Positions 9,976 to 19,982 of a stretch of 64,000 nucleotides of DNA are shown one piece after another. The DNA is from Bacteroidota bacterium. GTDB lineage: Bacteria; Bacteroidota; Ignavibacteria; Kapaibacteriales; UBA961. How positions within the stretch are numbered: position 1 is the first letter of the stretch; each line of letters opens with the position of its first letter. The position numbers and the translations under genes are program-made. Location of the stretch: contig OZ123195.1 in assembly GCA_964204605.1 (NCBI GenBank), positions 280,076-344,075 on the forward strand, written 5' to 3'. A model generated the notes under the pieces. It made no database searches. It was not told where the DNA came from and saw only the letters and a program-made list of their open reading frames with translations.

Positions 9976-11157
9976 ATGATGCATATAGCAGAAAGAATCA
10001 CCAGATTAGGTACCGAAACCGCATTCGAAGTTCTTGTTAAAGCAAGGGCACTTGAAGCAACAGGTAAAAGCATAGTCCACTTAGAAATTGGAGAGCCAGA
10101 TTTTGATACACCTCAAAATATTATAGATGCAGCCAAGAATGCTCTTGATAATGGCTTCACTCATTATGGTCCTTCTGCTGGTTTACCCGAAGCCAGGCAA
10201 GCAATTGCTGATTATATTAAAAGGACAAGAGGGACAGAGTATTCTGCTTCTGAGATAGTTGTTACTCCGGGAGCCAAGCCAATATTATTCTATGGAATAA
10301 TGGCAGTAGTAGATAAAGGGGATGAAGTTATCTATCCTAATCCAGGATTCCCAATTTATGAATCTGTTATAAATTTTTTAGAAGCAGTACCAATTCCACT
10401 TCCATTAAAAGAAGAAAAAGAATTTAGATTCGATTTAGCAGATTTAGAAGCTAGAATAACACCCAAAACAAGAATGGTTATTATTAATACCCCGCAAAAC
10501 CCTACAGGTGGTATTTTAACTCATGATGATTTAAAGAGAATTGCAGAATTAGCTGTGCAACATGATTTTATCGTTTTATCCGATGAAATTTATTCTCAAA
10601 TAACTTACGATGGTTTCGTTCATGAAAGTATAACACAATTCCCTGGAATGAAAGAAAGAACTATACTTCTTGATGGCTTCTCTAAAACATTTGCTATGAC
10701 AGGTTGGAGAATGGGCTATGGAGCATTCCCAGAGCATGTGGCCCAAGTAGTTGCAAAACTTCAAACAAATTGTACAAGTTGTACCGCATCCTTTAATCAA
10801 ATTGCTGGTATTGAAGCATTATCAGAAAGAACGGATCCTATAGCAGCAGATTTTGTATCTGAATTTAAGAGAAGAAGAGATACTATTGTTAATGCTTTAA
10901 ATGCAATGCCGGGAATGAGATGTCATTCACCGAAAGGAGCATTTTATGTATTTCCAAATATAGAAGCTACTGGAATGACCTCCCAAGAATTTGCTGATTT
11001 TTCATTATATGAAGCAGGCGTTGCTTGTTTAAGCGGGACAGCATTTGGTTCTTATGGAGAAGGTTTTGCACGATTCTCTTATGCGAATTCAGTAGAAAAT
11101 ATTGAGGAAGCAATGAGAAGATTATCCGCTGCCTTAGAATCTAGAAGTAAAAAATAG
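9976..11157 (+). CDS. PLP-dependent class I/II aminotransferase (aspartate/aromatic aminotransferase-like)
   Basis: LEIGEPDFDTPQNIIDAA, the GY..S.G....R.AIA block, and the lysine-region motif DGFSKTFAMTGWRMGY (SK..MTGWR). Confidence 0.8.
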   Translation: MMHIAERITRLGTETAFEVLVKARALEATGKSIVHLEIGEPDFDTPQNIIDAAKNALDNGFTHYGPSAGLPEARQAIADYIKRTRGTEYSASEIVVTPGAKPILFYGIMAVVDKGDEVIYPNPGFPIYESVINFLEAVPIPLPLKEEKEFRFDLADLEARITPKTRMVIINTPQNPTGGILTHDDLKRIAELAVQHDFIVLSDEIYSQITYDGFVHESITQFPGMKERTILLDGFSKTFAMTGWRMGYGAFPEHVAQVVAKLQTNCTSCTASFNQIAGIEALSERTDPIAADFVSEFKRRRDTIVNALNAMPGMRCHSPKGAFYVFPNIEATGMTSQEFADFSLYEAGVACLSGTAFGSYGEGFARFSYANSVENIEEAMRRLSAALESRSKK

Positions 11158-11174
11158 TATTAGTGTAAACATAT

Positions 11175-11203
11175 AAAAGGCGTCATGAAAAGACGCCTTT
11201 TTC
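11175..11203 (+). terminator. Rho-independent terminator after the aminotransferase gene
   Basis: Stem GGCGTC / GACGCC with loop ATGAAAA, followed by TTTTT. The ATG inside the loop is the ORF-track start of the next ORF, which argues that start is wrong. Confidence 0.55.
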
Positions 11204-11214
11204 TGTATATATAT

Positions 11215-11850
11215 ATGAATAAACATTCTAAAGAAATATCTTTGATAGATTGTAGAAGTGCTGAAAGAGCAGAGAAAATCAAAAAAGTTGTTAATAAAAG
11301 ACAGCCTACTTTGACGATTGTTCTTGAAAATGTACATGACCCCCATAATGTATCAGCCGTCATACGTTCCTGCGATGCTGTTGGTATTTTAGATATACAT
11401 TTTGTCTATCACAGTGGACAATCTTTCCCTGTATTAGCAGAAAAAAGTTCAGCTTCAGCAAGAAAATGGGTATTCACACATAGGCATGATTCCATAGAAG
11501 ATTGTTTCAAGTTATTGAGACAGCAAGGGAAATCAATTTTTACTACAGCTATGAGCGTGGATTCTATATCATTATTTGAAATGAATCTTACGCAACCTAT
11601 AGCTTTAGTATTTGGTAATGAACATAACGGTGTCTCTGAAACAGCATTGCAATTAGCAGATGGTAACTTTTTAATTCCTCAAGTAGGAATGATTCAAAGT
11701 TTGAATATTTCAGTAGCATGCTCTGTAACAATCTACGAAGCATTTCGCCAAAGAATGATTGCTGGAATGTATAATGAAAATCAGCTAAAAGATACTGAAT
11801 TACAACAGTATGTTAATATGTTTAGTGATAATTCAAGAACTTATAAATAA
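11215..11850 (+). CDS. SpoU/TrmH-family RNA 2'-O-methyltransferase
   Basis: Motifs TIVLENVHDPHNVSAVIRSCDAVGI and LVFGNEHNGVS, plus the SPOUT-knot region IPQVGMIQSLNISVA. Start placed at the ATG at 11215, downstream of the terminator hairpin. Confidence 0.75.
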   Translation: MNKHSKEISLIDCRSAERAEKIKKVVNKRQPTLTIVLENVHDPHNVSAVIRSCDAVGILDIHFVYHSGQSFPVLAEKSSASARKWVFTHRHDSIEDCFKLLRQQGKSIFTTAMSVDSISLFEMNLTQPIALVFGNEHNGVSETALQLADGNFLIPQVGMIQSLNISVACSVTIYEAFRQRMIAGMYNENQLKDTELQQYVNMFSDNSRTYK

Positions 11851-11860
11851 AAGGTAAATT

Positions 11861-12340
11861 ATGGAATATGAAGAGCTTACTTTATCTAATCCTTGGAAGA
11901 GAATAGGAGCATATCTTATAGATAGTTCTCTGGTGAGTATTGTGGTTTTTATCGTTTTGTTCTTGATAGGTAAAGGTGATGATTTAATGCAGATTAGCCA
12001 AACAATTGATATTGCGAATATAGAACAATATCTTAATAGCTTTTCATCACTATTTTCAACAATGTTTATAATTCAAACACTATTAGGGATTTTATATTTC
12101 GGCTTTTATCAAGCGATGTCCAATGGACAGACTTTAGGAAAAAAACTATTACATATTAAAATAGTTATGACAAATGGAGAGGAGTTTACTGCTCTTGTTG
12201 CGATCTTTAGATTTATTATAAATAGTATTCTACTTAATGTATGCGGGCCGCTTGGTTTAATTCCTTTTTTTACTGCAAACAAACAAGGTTTACATGATTT
12301 TATCGTTAAAACTGTTGTTGTTGATGAATCTGAACAGTAA
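11861..12340 (+). CDS. RDD-family membrane protein
   Basis: N-terminal RIGAYLIDSSLV block, a C-terminal GLHD motif, and three hydrophobic helices. Confidence 0.55.
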   Translation: MEYEELTLSNPWKRIGAYLIDSSLVSIVVFIVLFLIGKGDDLMQISQTIDIANIEQYLNSFSSLFSTMFIIQTLLGILYFGFYQAMSNGQTLGKKLLHIKIVMTNGEEFTALVAIFRFIINSILLNVCGPLGLIPFFTANKQGLHDFIVKTVVVDESEQ

Positions 12341-12349
12341 TCAGAATAT

Positions 12350-12757
12350 ATGCTATCTTCTTTTTCGAAACAGATAATACTTTTAGCGATAATTACAATT
12401 GCAGGTATTGTTATAATTACATTTTATCCACCAACTTCATATCAATATATACCTTGTATATTTAATGTTGTAACTGGTTTGCATTGTGCAGGATGTGGTA
12501 CAACCAGAGCAATCTATTCTTTATTGCAAGGGAATATTTTTGAAGCATCTAGAAATAATCTTCTATTATTTATATGGGGTCCCTATTGTATATATATGCT
12601 TTTCAAAAAAATATTGTCTGAATATTTTAATATGTCATATACAGTATGGCAACCAGGCAAAAAGACAGCTCATGTTTTAATAGCCATCCTCATTATATAT
12701 ACAGTCTTAAGAAACCTGCCTTTCGAACAGATACAATCTTTATTATCACCAATTTAA
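12350..12757 (+). CDS. DUF2752-family small membrane protein
   Basis: Motif GLHCAGCGTTRA between TM helices, matching the CPGCGxTRA signature of DUF2752. Confidence 0.5.
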   Translation: MLSSFSKQIILLAIITIAGIVIITFYPPTSYQYIPCIFNVVTGLHCAGCGTTRAIYSLLQGNIFEASRNNLLLFIWGPYCIYMLFKKILSEYFNMSYTVWQPGKKTAHVLIAILIIYTVLRNLPFEQIQSLLSPI

Positions 12758-13233
12758 AACTCTGGCCATGAGCAATTGTCAATCAATATAGAACATAAAT
12801 GTTGTAATACTATCGCATCTTGTTCGGTAAATCTTGCAGGCTTTGAACTATCGATATCGAGTACTCCCAATAATCTTCCTTTATATTCTAAAGGAATAAC
12901 AATTTCGGATCTAGAATCAACATCACATGCAATATGCCCAGGGAATTCATTGACATCATCTACAATTATAGTTTTTCTAGAATAAGCAGCAGTTCCACAA
13001 ACACCTTTTTGCATCGGTATTCTAATACAAGCAGGTTTACCTTGAAATGGGCCCAGAACTAATTCATCACCATCTAGAATATAAAATCCACACCAATTAA
13101 TATCTTTTAAGGCATAAAATAATAATGAAGAAAAATTGGAACAATTTGCAATCCAATTGGTTTCTCCATCTAACAAAGACCTCATCTCTTTTTGTAAAGA
13201 ATCGTTAGAAATGATAGTTGATTGTATATACAT
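12754..13233 (-). CDS. GAF-domain free methionine-(R)-sulfoxide reductase (fRMsr/YebR-like)
   Basis: 159 aa. WCGFYILDGDELVLGPFQGKPACIRIPMQKGVCGTAAYSRKTIIVDDVNEFPGHIACDVDSRSEIVIPL resembles fRMsr, including the Cys residues. Confidence 0.65.
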   Translation of the reverse strand: MYIQSTIISNDSLQKEMRSLLDGETNWIANCSNFSSLLFYALKDINWCGFYILDGDELVLGPFQGKPACIRIPMQKGVCGTAAYSRKTIIVDDVNEFPGHIACDVDSRSEIVIPLEYKGRLLGVLDIDSSKPARFTEQDAIVLQHLCSILIDNCSWPEF

Positions 13234-13490
13234 AATTGAATTTTAATAGGTTTAAAAATGACTTATGAGAAAAATGAAGATAAATTAAGACAAAATTAAT
13301 TGGTAGTCTGACATAAATTTAGCTTTTTTGTAACTGTGCATGTAAAAGAATTAAACTGAAAGCATAAAGAGTATTGATGTGATTTCCATCAAAATAGAAA
13401 TCTCAGTAATTTTTTTCAGCATTAACTGAATGCTCGGCTGACTCTGGGGGGAGGCAGTTTGGGATTATTCATTATCAAAAGGAGGCCCCT

Positions 13491-14258
13491 GTGCAACAAA
13501 CGACAATAGTGCATAGACAAACCCTCTCTATAGTAAAGCCATTATTTATATTGGCAATGATTTCGGCAATCGTATGTTCTTTTTTAATTGATACCATGAA
13601 TGCAGCTTCTAAAAAAGCAATCATTTCGCGCATTGATTCAGTTAATTATATTGGATTTACTGTTAAAGTTCCAAGGCAAACTGGTCCTGGTTCTTGGTAT
13701 GGTAAGCAATTCCACAATCGTAAAACAGCAAGTGGGCAACTATTCGATATGTATGGCTTTACTGCAGCTCATCGTACTTTACCTTTAGGATCGATTGCAA
13801 AAGTAACCAGTGAAAAAACAGGCAAGTCCGTTTTGGTTTGCATAAATGACAGAGGGCCTTATGTATATCATAGAATAATTGATTTATCGTTTCATGCTGC
13901 TGGGCAAATTGGAAATAGATTAGACAAGTTAGCTGTAGAGTATTTTACGCCTTCTCAGATATCAATGCTTGGGCCTTTAACATTTAATACAGCAAAATAC
14001 TTTGGTTTTACATCGAATCATCAACCAATGATTATTCCATTGTATGCATGCACAAACTTAGAAGTATTTAAAGACTTTTCAGATGCAATTAAGCGTCAAC
14101 AAGAAAGACAAAATGTAGAGTCCAAATCAGGTGCTGAATCTGTAATTATGATTGTTCCTGATAATTCAAGTAAAAAATCTAGAATGCCTAAGTATACTTT
14201 CTTAGTAAGTTCTATAACTTCCGAATTAGCATTTGGTGTTTTACCTGCTCATGAATAA
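13491..14258 (+). CDS. RlpA-like double-psi beta-barrel (septal ring lytic transglycosylase RlpA family) protein
   Basis: GSWYGKQFHNRKTASGQLFDMYGFTAAHRTLPLGSIAKVTSEKTGKSVLVCINDRGPY is a DPBB_1 motif. N-terminal membrane anchor. GTG start preceded by a strong RBS, AAAGGAGG, 7 nt upstream. Confidence 0.65.
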   Translation: MQQTTIVHRQTLSIVKPLFILAMISAIVCSFLIDTMNAASKKAIISRIDSVNYIGFTVKVPRQTGPGSWYGKQFHNRKTASGQLFDMYGFTAAHRTLPLGSIAKVTSEKTGKSVLVCINDRGPYVYHRIIDLSFHAAGQIGNRLDKLAVEYFTPSQISMLGPLTFNTAKYFGFTSNHQPMIIPLYACTNLEVFKDFSDAIKRQQERQNVESKSGAESVIMIVPDNSSKKSRMPKYTFLVSSITSELAFGVLPAHE

Positions 14259-14278
14259 GTAAGTGTGCATATAACAAA

Positions 14279-14335
14279 TTATCCCTTGTATGAGATCTCT
14301 TATACAGGGGATTTTATTTTTTATGCGCAAATTCT
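14279..14335 (+). terminator. Rho-independent terminator after the rlpA-like gene
   Basis: Stem CCCTTGTAT / ATACAGGGG with one G-U pair and a GAGATCTCT loop, followed by ATTTTATTTTTT. Confidence 0.5.
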
Positions 14336-14395
14336 TTGCAGGCCAATGTCTATTTCGTATTTTCGAATATCTAATCTTAAGAAGGTAAAAATATT

Positions 14396-15904
14396 ATGAA
14401 ATCTATGCCTAAATATCTAATTATCGCTGGAATTCTTGTATCAATGATATTCCAGAGCTTCCAATGTGCTTCACCAGAATTTACGGGAGCAAAATTGGCA
14501 TATAATCAAAAAGATTATAAAAAAGCTGCTGATGGATATGAAAAAGAAATTACTAAAAACTCATCAAATGTTGAAGCGTGGTATTATTTAGCAGATTGCA
14601 ATATCAAGCTAGCTAATTTTGCTAAAGCTGCTGAATATGCGTTAGAAGCTCAAAAAAGGGCAACAAAACCTGAACAAAAAGCTAAGTCCTCTGAACAAAT
14701 CTTCTATATCTGGGCAGAATCATATAATAAAGGTTCTATGCTTTATAATGGTTTTTTGGCATCAGATAAAAGTTCAGATATCAAACCAATGTTAGAATTC
14801 TTAAATCTGGCTGCTACATTGAAGCCAGAAAATACCGAACCTTTGTTCTTAATGGGTAATGCTTATGAGATAAAGGGCGATACAGTGAATGCAATTAACA
14901 CTTATGAGCGTTGCTTGAATTATATGTTGCTGTATTTTGACATCATGAAAGAACAAAATATTGTTATCGGGATGCCAAGAGAAGAAGCCTTGTCCAAGCT
15001 AGGAAAGCCAATAAGCACAAAAGCAATGATTGATAATGATGGTGATTCATTAATAGTAGATAAGTTGGCAATAAATTCAAAAGATGTGTACTTGTGTTCC
15101 TTTAAGAAATCGGGTGGGAGAGCAATAATTGATGGTTTAAGATCCAATTTACCAGATTCATGGTCAACTCAAGAAAAGGAAAGATATTTTTCAATCAACC
15201 TAAAACCATTGGTCAATCTTGCATATCTCTATTATGGAAATAAAAATTACAATAAGTGTTTGCAGATAATAGAAGCGGCATTATCTGTAAATCCTAGTGA
15301 TGATGAACTTTCTAGTTTAAAAATCCAAGTTTATGAAGATCAAGGAAAAACTGATCAAGTATTGAAATCTTTAGAAGTATCAATTAATAAAAGTCCTAAT
15401 AATAAAATTTATCTAGAACAATATGCAAGATTATTAGCAAGACAAAAGAATTATGATCAAGCTATTACTTATTATGAAAAGGCATTAGGAATAGATCCTA
15501 AATTTGATATAGCTATATTTAATATTGGTGCTTGTTATGTAAATAAAGCTGCTGAAGTTATTGATCAAGAACAGAAAAAAGTGGACGCTAATGCAAAGTA
15601 TAAAACTGATGAGTCTAAATGTTATCCATTCTTAAATAAAGCCGCAGATTATTTCACACAGTACAGATTAAATCCTGTGAATAAAGATAATTTAGGTGTC
15701 ATTCAGCAATTGTCTGATATCTATATTATCACGAGACAAAATGATAAATTTAAGGCTACAGTAACAGAATTAGAAGCATTAGAAGTAGCAAATCTTACAA
15801 ATCCGATGTACTATGAATATATGGGTAAAGTTTATGCTAAACTTGGACAAAAAGATAAAGCAGATAAAGCATTTGGTATGTCTGATATGTTAAGAAAAAA
15901 ATAA
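14396..15904 (+). CDS. TPR-repeat protein with N-terminal signal peptide
   Basis: Signal peptide MKSMPKYLIIAGILVSMIF. Repeated A/Y-rich 34-residue TPR-like units, e.g. AWYYLADCNIKLANFAKAAEYALEA and YDQAITYYEKALGIDPKF. Confidence 0.55.
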   Translation: MKSMPKYLIIAGILVSMIFQSFQCASPEFTGAKLAYNQKDYKKAADGYEKEITKNSSNVEAWYYLADCNIKLANFAKAAEYALEAQKRATKPEQKAKSSEQIFYIWAESYNKGSMLYNGFLASDKSSDIKPMLEFLNLAATLKPENTEPLFLMGNAYEIKGDTVNAINTYERCLNYMLLYFDIMKEQNIVIGMPREEALSKLGKPISTKAMIDNDGDSLIVDKLAINSKDVYLCSFKKSGGRAIIDGLRSNLPDSWSTQEKERYFSINLKPLVNLAYLYYGNKNYNKCLQIIEAALSVNPSDDELSSLKIQVYEDQGKTDQVLKSLEVSINKSPNNKIYLEQYARLLARQKNYDQAITYYEKALGIDPKFDIAIFNIGACYVNKAAEVIDQEQKKVDANAKYKTDESKCYPFLNKAADYFTQYRLNPVNKDNLGVIQQLSDIYIITRQNDKFKATVTELEALEVANLTNPMYYEYMGKVYAKLGQKDKADKAFGMSDMLRKK

Positions 15905-15917
15905 TTATATCATTAAT

Positions 15918-16241
15918 TTGGCAATTTGGAGCTTATTATCCATGGCAGAAAAAGAAGAACAGGCGCAGCATATAAGTATAGAATTAGGTGAGAAAGAAGC
16001 TGAAGGAATCTATTCAAATTTGGCGATAATTCGTCATTCCCCAGCAGAATTTGTTATAGATTTTACTCGAATATTGCCCGATGTACCCAAGGCAAGAGTT
16101 CATGCAAGAATTATTATGACTCCACAACATGCTAAAATGTTATTACATGCATTAACCGACAATTTGCTTCGATTCGAAGAAGATAATGGTGAAATATCTG
16201 TGGATGGTCAATCTCCATTTGACACAAAACATGTTCACTAA
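15918..16241 (+). CDS. DUF3467 domain protein
   Basis: EGIYSNLAIIRHSPAEFVIDFTRILP matches the DUF3467 core. Lies 14 nt downstream of the TPR gene, so probably co-transcribed. Confidence 0.5.
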   Translation: MAIWSLLSMAEKEEQAQHISIELGEKEAEGIYSNLAIIRHSPAEFVIDFTRILPDVPKARVHARIIMTPQHAKMLLHALTDNLLRFEEDNGEISVDGQSPFDTKHVH

Positions 16242-16269
16242 TATATATGTGAAATATATAGATCATATA

Positions 16270-16300
16270 AACCACGCTCTATTAAGGCGTGGTTTTTTAT
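16270..16300 (+). terminator. Rho-independent terminator after the DUF3467 gene
   Basis: Stem AACCACGC / GCGTGGTT followed by TTTTTTATTT. Confidence 0.55.
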
Positions 16301-16313
16301 TTAAGGCAGTATA

Positions 16314-17987
16314 ATGAAACATCCTGGTAAAGTAATTATCAATCTTCATACACATTTACCATATGTATTGCATCATGGCGATTGGCCTCATGGATCTGAT
16401 TGGCTATGTGAAGCTGTGGCGGAATGCTATCTACCACTTCTTACGATGTGTCATGAACTACTTGCCGATGGAATTACACCAAACCTATCTTTTGATATAT
16501 CACCTATTCTTTGCGAACAACTTGAACATCCGGATTTCGCCCCAATATTTATAGAATATTGTAATACTAAGATGGCACTGGCATTAAAAGATGCAGAAAA
16601 ATTTATTGCGATGAAAGCTGACCCACATCAAGTCTATTTAGCTCATTATTGGCATGAATGGTACTTAAGAAGGCAACATGAATTTGAACATTCATATAAT
16701 TATTCTATCATCGCAAGCTTTAAAAAGCTTCAAGATGTGAATGCCATAGAAATTCTTACTTGTGCTGCAACTCATGGATATCTGCCATTGCTAGCTGAAG
16801 ATAAAAGTGTTGCACTTCAAATAAGGGCTGCCAAAGATAATTATGTAAAACATTTTGGTATTTCTCCCAAAGGAACATGGATTCCTGAATGTGCATATCG
16901 GCCTTCTTATGAATGGAAAACATTATTGGAACATGATACATATTCTGTTCCTACAAAAAGAAAAGGAATAGAAGAAATCCTTGGTCAAGAAGATTTGAAT
17001 TACTTTTTCGTAGATCAACAATTATTTACGAATGCTCAGATTGCTGATAAATTTCCAATGCATTCTTTACCAGAAGAATATCATTCATTAAGAACATTTA
17101 GAGTGCAATCTAAAGAAGCCCAAACTGATAATATGCCTATAGCTTTTGCTAGACATCAAAATATTGCCTTAAAAGTTTGGAGTGGGGAAGATGGTTATCC
17201 AGGAGATGGAAATTATTTAGATTTTCATAAAAAACATGAACAATCTGCGATGAGATATTGGAGAGTAACCGATAATAAAACGGATATGCAATATAAAATG
17301 CTTTATAAACCTGATTGGGTTCATGAAAAAGTATCATTGCATGCTTATCATTTTATAAAATCAATAGAATCATTGATTAACAAATATCAGCATGCCACTG
17401 ATAAACAAGCAATATTATGTTTGCCTTTTGATACAGAATTATTTGGACATTGGTGGTTTGAAGGTCCTCGATTCTTAAATGCCATAATAAGGGGTATATA
17501 TCATTCTCCTTATATTTCTTTAGAAAAGTGTTCTACTATCATTAATGAAAATCATCAATCGGACATAGCAACATTGCCAGAAGGTTCATGGGGAGAGCAT
17601 GGTAATCATGATGTATGGATAAATCCACAGACGATGTGGACATGGGAAAAAATATATGATGCTGAGTGTACTTTTTCTCAGTTAATGGATACATATCACA
17701 AAGACAATAGAAGTAAAATTCAAGAACGATTATTATTACAAGCAATGCGTGAATTAATGCTTCTGCAATCATCGGATTGGCAATTTTTAATAACAAATGT
17801 TTCTGCTAAGGATTATGCAGAAATGAGATTTTCAAATCATTATTCTGATTTTAACATATTAGCTAATCTTATTGTTACATATGAAAAATCTAAACGTTTG
17901 CTTGCAGCAGATGCAAAAATGATTCAGCAAATCGAAGTGAGAAATGCGGTATTCCCAGAACTTAGATTGGATATGTGGTCTGATTAA
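16314..17987 (+). CDS. Glycoside hydrolase family 57 1,4-alpha-glucan branching enzyme (GH57 + DUF1957 C-terminal domain)
   Basis: N-terminal LHTHLPYVLHHGDWPHG...WLCEAVAECYLPLL matches the GH57 catalytic-domain start. About 557 aa, consistent with GH57 branching enzymes. Confidence 0.65.
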   Translation: MKHPGKVIINLHTHLPYVLHHGDWPHGSDWLCEAVAECYLPLLTMCHELLADGITPNLSFDISPILCEQLEHPDFAPIFIEYCNTKMALALKDAEKFIAMKADPHQVYLAHYWHEWYLRRQHEFEHSYNYSIIASFKKLQDVNAIEILTCAATHGYLPLLAEDKSVALQIRAAKDNYVKHFGISPKGTWIPECAYRPSYEWKTLLEHDTYSVPTKRKGIEEILGQEDLNYFFVDQQLFTNAQIADKFPMHSLPEEYHSLRTFRVQSKEAQTDNMPIAFARHQNIALKVWSGEDGYPGDGNYLDFHKKHEQSAMRYWRVTDNKTDMQYKMLYKPDWVHEKVSLHAYHFIKSIESLINKYQHATDKQAILCLPFDTELFGHWWFEGPRFLNAIIRGIYHSPYISLEKCSTIINENHQSDIATLPEGSWGEHGNHDVWINPQTMWTWEKIYDAECTFSQLMDTYHKDNRSKIQERLLLQAMRELMLLQSSDWQFLITNVSAKDYAEMRFSNHYSDFNILANLIVTYEKSKRLLAADAKMIQQIEVRNAVFPELRLDMWSD

Positions 17988-19516
17988 GTATTATGCGAAA
18001 ATCTTCTTATACCTGCAGTGTATGTGGCTAATACTTGAATAGATTCTAATTCATCATTATTACATGTTTCTACATTCTTATCAATAATCGTGAAATCTGC
18101 ATCAAACTTATGATGTAATTTTCCTCTCCTATAATCCATTCCACTTGATTCATGCGCCCATTGTGTATAAGATAAGATGGCTTGTTTTCGATGAATAATT
18201 TGTTCACTATGCCAAGCATGATCAGAGAGAAACGGAATTCTATTGCAAAAAGCAGAAATACCACTAAATGGATTTCCAGATTCTATTGGAAAATCCGATC
18301 CACCAGCAGGATGTAAACCTGTATCTATAAGAGTTTTCCAAGGATATGCATAGGAAGTTCTTTCTCCTAATCTACTTTCTGCCATTGATGCATCACTTAT
18401 ACAATGAATTGGTTGAATAGCTGTTTTAATTGAATGAAGGGAAATTCTGTGTATATCATTAGGATGAACAATTTGTGCATGTTCGATTCTAAGAATATCA
18501 TCTTGGGAAGCATAGCCTTTCTGTCTTAAGCGTTCATACACATTAATTACCATTCTATTGGCAGCATCACCAATTGCATGTGTACTTATATTCCATCCAA
18601 ATTCAAGCCCTTTTACTGCTTTTTCGAATAATTGCTCTTCTTGAAGTAAAAAAAGACCTTTCGTTTCTGCATCGGAGTATTGTTCTAATAATGCTGCGCC
18701 TCTGGATCCTAGAGCACCATCAGCAAAGAATTTAAGCCCTACTAGACGCATAAATTCTCCTCCGGCAGGCAAATATCCAAAAGTGCTCCATTCATCGTTT
18801 TGGGCTTTAATATATGATTGTATTCTAATTGGTAATGAACCAGATTCTGCCATTTCTAGATAATAAGGTAATAATGTTGGATGTACATCCATATCATGAA
18901 CTTCTGTCAAACCAAGAGAGCTACAATGATGTATAGCAGCTACAATATCTTTTTTAATTTGCTCGGGAGTTGATTCTGGAATACAATCTGCAACTAAGTT
19001 CATTGCATTATCAATTAAGATTCCAGTAGGGGATGAATCTTCCATAAGAATTGAGCCACCCAGTGGATGTGGAGTATCTATGGTTATCCCTGCTATTTCT
19101 AATGCTTTTGAATTCACCCATGCGGCATGGCCATCGGCTCTACGTAAATATACTGGTTGATCTGGAAAAGCTATATCAAGAATTTCTTTATGTGGAAAAT
19201 GATTATGATCCCACAATTCTTGATTCCATCCATTACCAATTATCCAGCCTTGTGAATTATGTGCATATTGAAGGGCTTGTTGAACACATTCTTGGGCAGA
19301 TATGGCAGAATATAAAGATAATCCTGTTAAAGTATTACCTAATCCATAAAGATGACAATGAGAATCTACTAATCCTGATAAGATCCATGCATGAGGGTAA
19401 AAATGAGTGCCTTGTTCAGAGATAATTTCAACACCATGAGGGTTAGGATATATCGCAGCAATTCGTCCTCTTTCTACCAAAATAGTTGCTTGAATAGCAT
19501 GCATAAGGTTGTACAC
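17984..19516 (-). CDS. Amidohydrolase-3 family metal-dependent hydrolase
   Basis: GLVDSHCHLYGLG metal-binding HxH motif near the N-terminus, plus a C-terminal DFTIID-type motif. 510 aa. Confidence 0.6.
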   Translation of the reverse strand: MYNLMHAIQATILVERGRIAAIYPNPHGVEIISEQGTHFYPHAWILSGLVDSHCHLYGLGNTLTGLSLYSAISAQECVQQALQYAHNSQGWIIGNGWNQELWDHNHFPHKEILDIAFPDQPVYLRRADGHAAWVNSKALEIAGITIDTPHPLGGSILMEDSSPTGILIDNAMNLVADCIPESTPEQIKKDIVAAIHHCSSLGLTEVHDMDVHPTLLPYYLEMAESGSLPIRIQSYIKAQNDEWSTFGYLPAGGEFMRLVGLKFFADGALGSRGAALLEQYSDAETKGLFLLQEEQLFEKAVKGLEFGWNISTHAIGDAANRMVINVYERLRQKGYASQDDILRIEHAQIVHPNDIHRISLHSIKTAIQPIHCISDASMAESRLGERTSYAYPWKTLIDTGLHPAGGSDFPIESGNPFSGISAFCNRIPFLSDHAWHSEQIIHRKQAILSYTQWAHESSGMDYRRGKLHHKFDADFTIIDKNVETCNNDELESIQVLATYTAGIRRFSHNT

Positions 19517-19592
19517 ATAAGAAAAACCGATAATAATGTAAGTAGCAAATGCTGAGAATACATTGATTATCGGTTTATAAATAGATCAGATA

Positions 19593-19943
19593 TTAATTTC
19601 TTCTACGATTAGGATCGATAGTATCAAGGTATGATACTTTGCTAATAAGTTGCTCTTCTGTTTCAACATTATTTGCATCAGGTAAACAACAATCTACAGG
19701 GCACACTGCAGCGCATTGTGGTTCATCATGAAATGTTTTGCATTCTGTGCATTTATCTGGAACGATATAATAATAATCAGCTTGCCAAAAATCACCTTTG
19801 AAATTTCCTGGCGATTGAGATTCTTCATACTTAGTATCACCTAGGCTCCATACTGTACCACCTTCATAAATAGCGGTATTTGGACACTCTGGTTCACATG
19901 CACCACAATTAATGCAATCATCTGCATTTATATAGATAGCCAT
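19593..19943 (-). CDS. 2[4Fe-4S] ferredoxin with extended second cluster motif (Alvin-type)
   Basis: [12 protein letters not shown] (Cx2Cx2Cx3CP) and [18 protein letters not shown] (Cx2Cx8Cx3CP). Confidence 0.7.
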   Translation of the reverse strand: MAIYINADDCINCGACEPECPNTAIYEGGTVWSLGDTKYEESQSPGNFKGDFWQADYYYIVPDKCTECKTFHDEPQCAAVCPVDCCLPDANNVETEEQLISKVSYLDTIDPNRRRN

Positions 19944-19982
19944 AACAATAGTTTCCTTTAATTTTCAGAAAGTAAAAAAGCA

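Noticed and set aside
11185-11214. Upstream ATG start for the TrmH-family gene
   Set aside because: The ATG lies in the loop of a rho-independent terminator hairpin.
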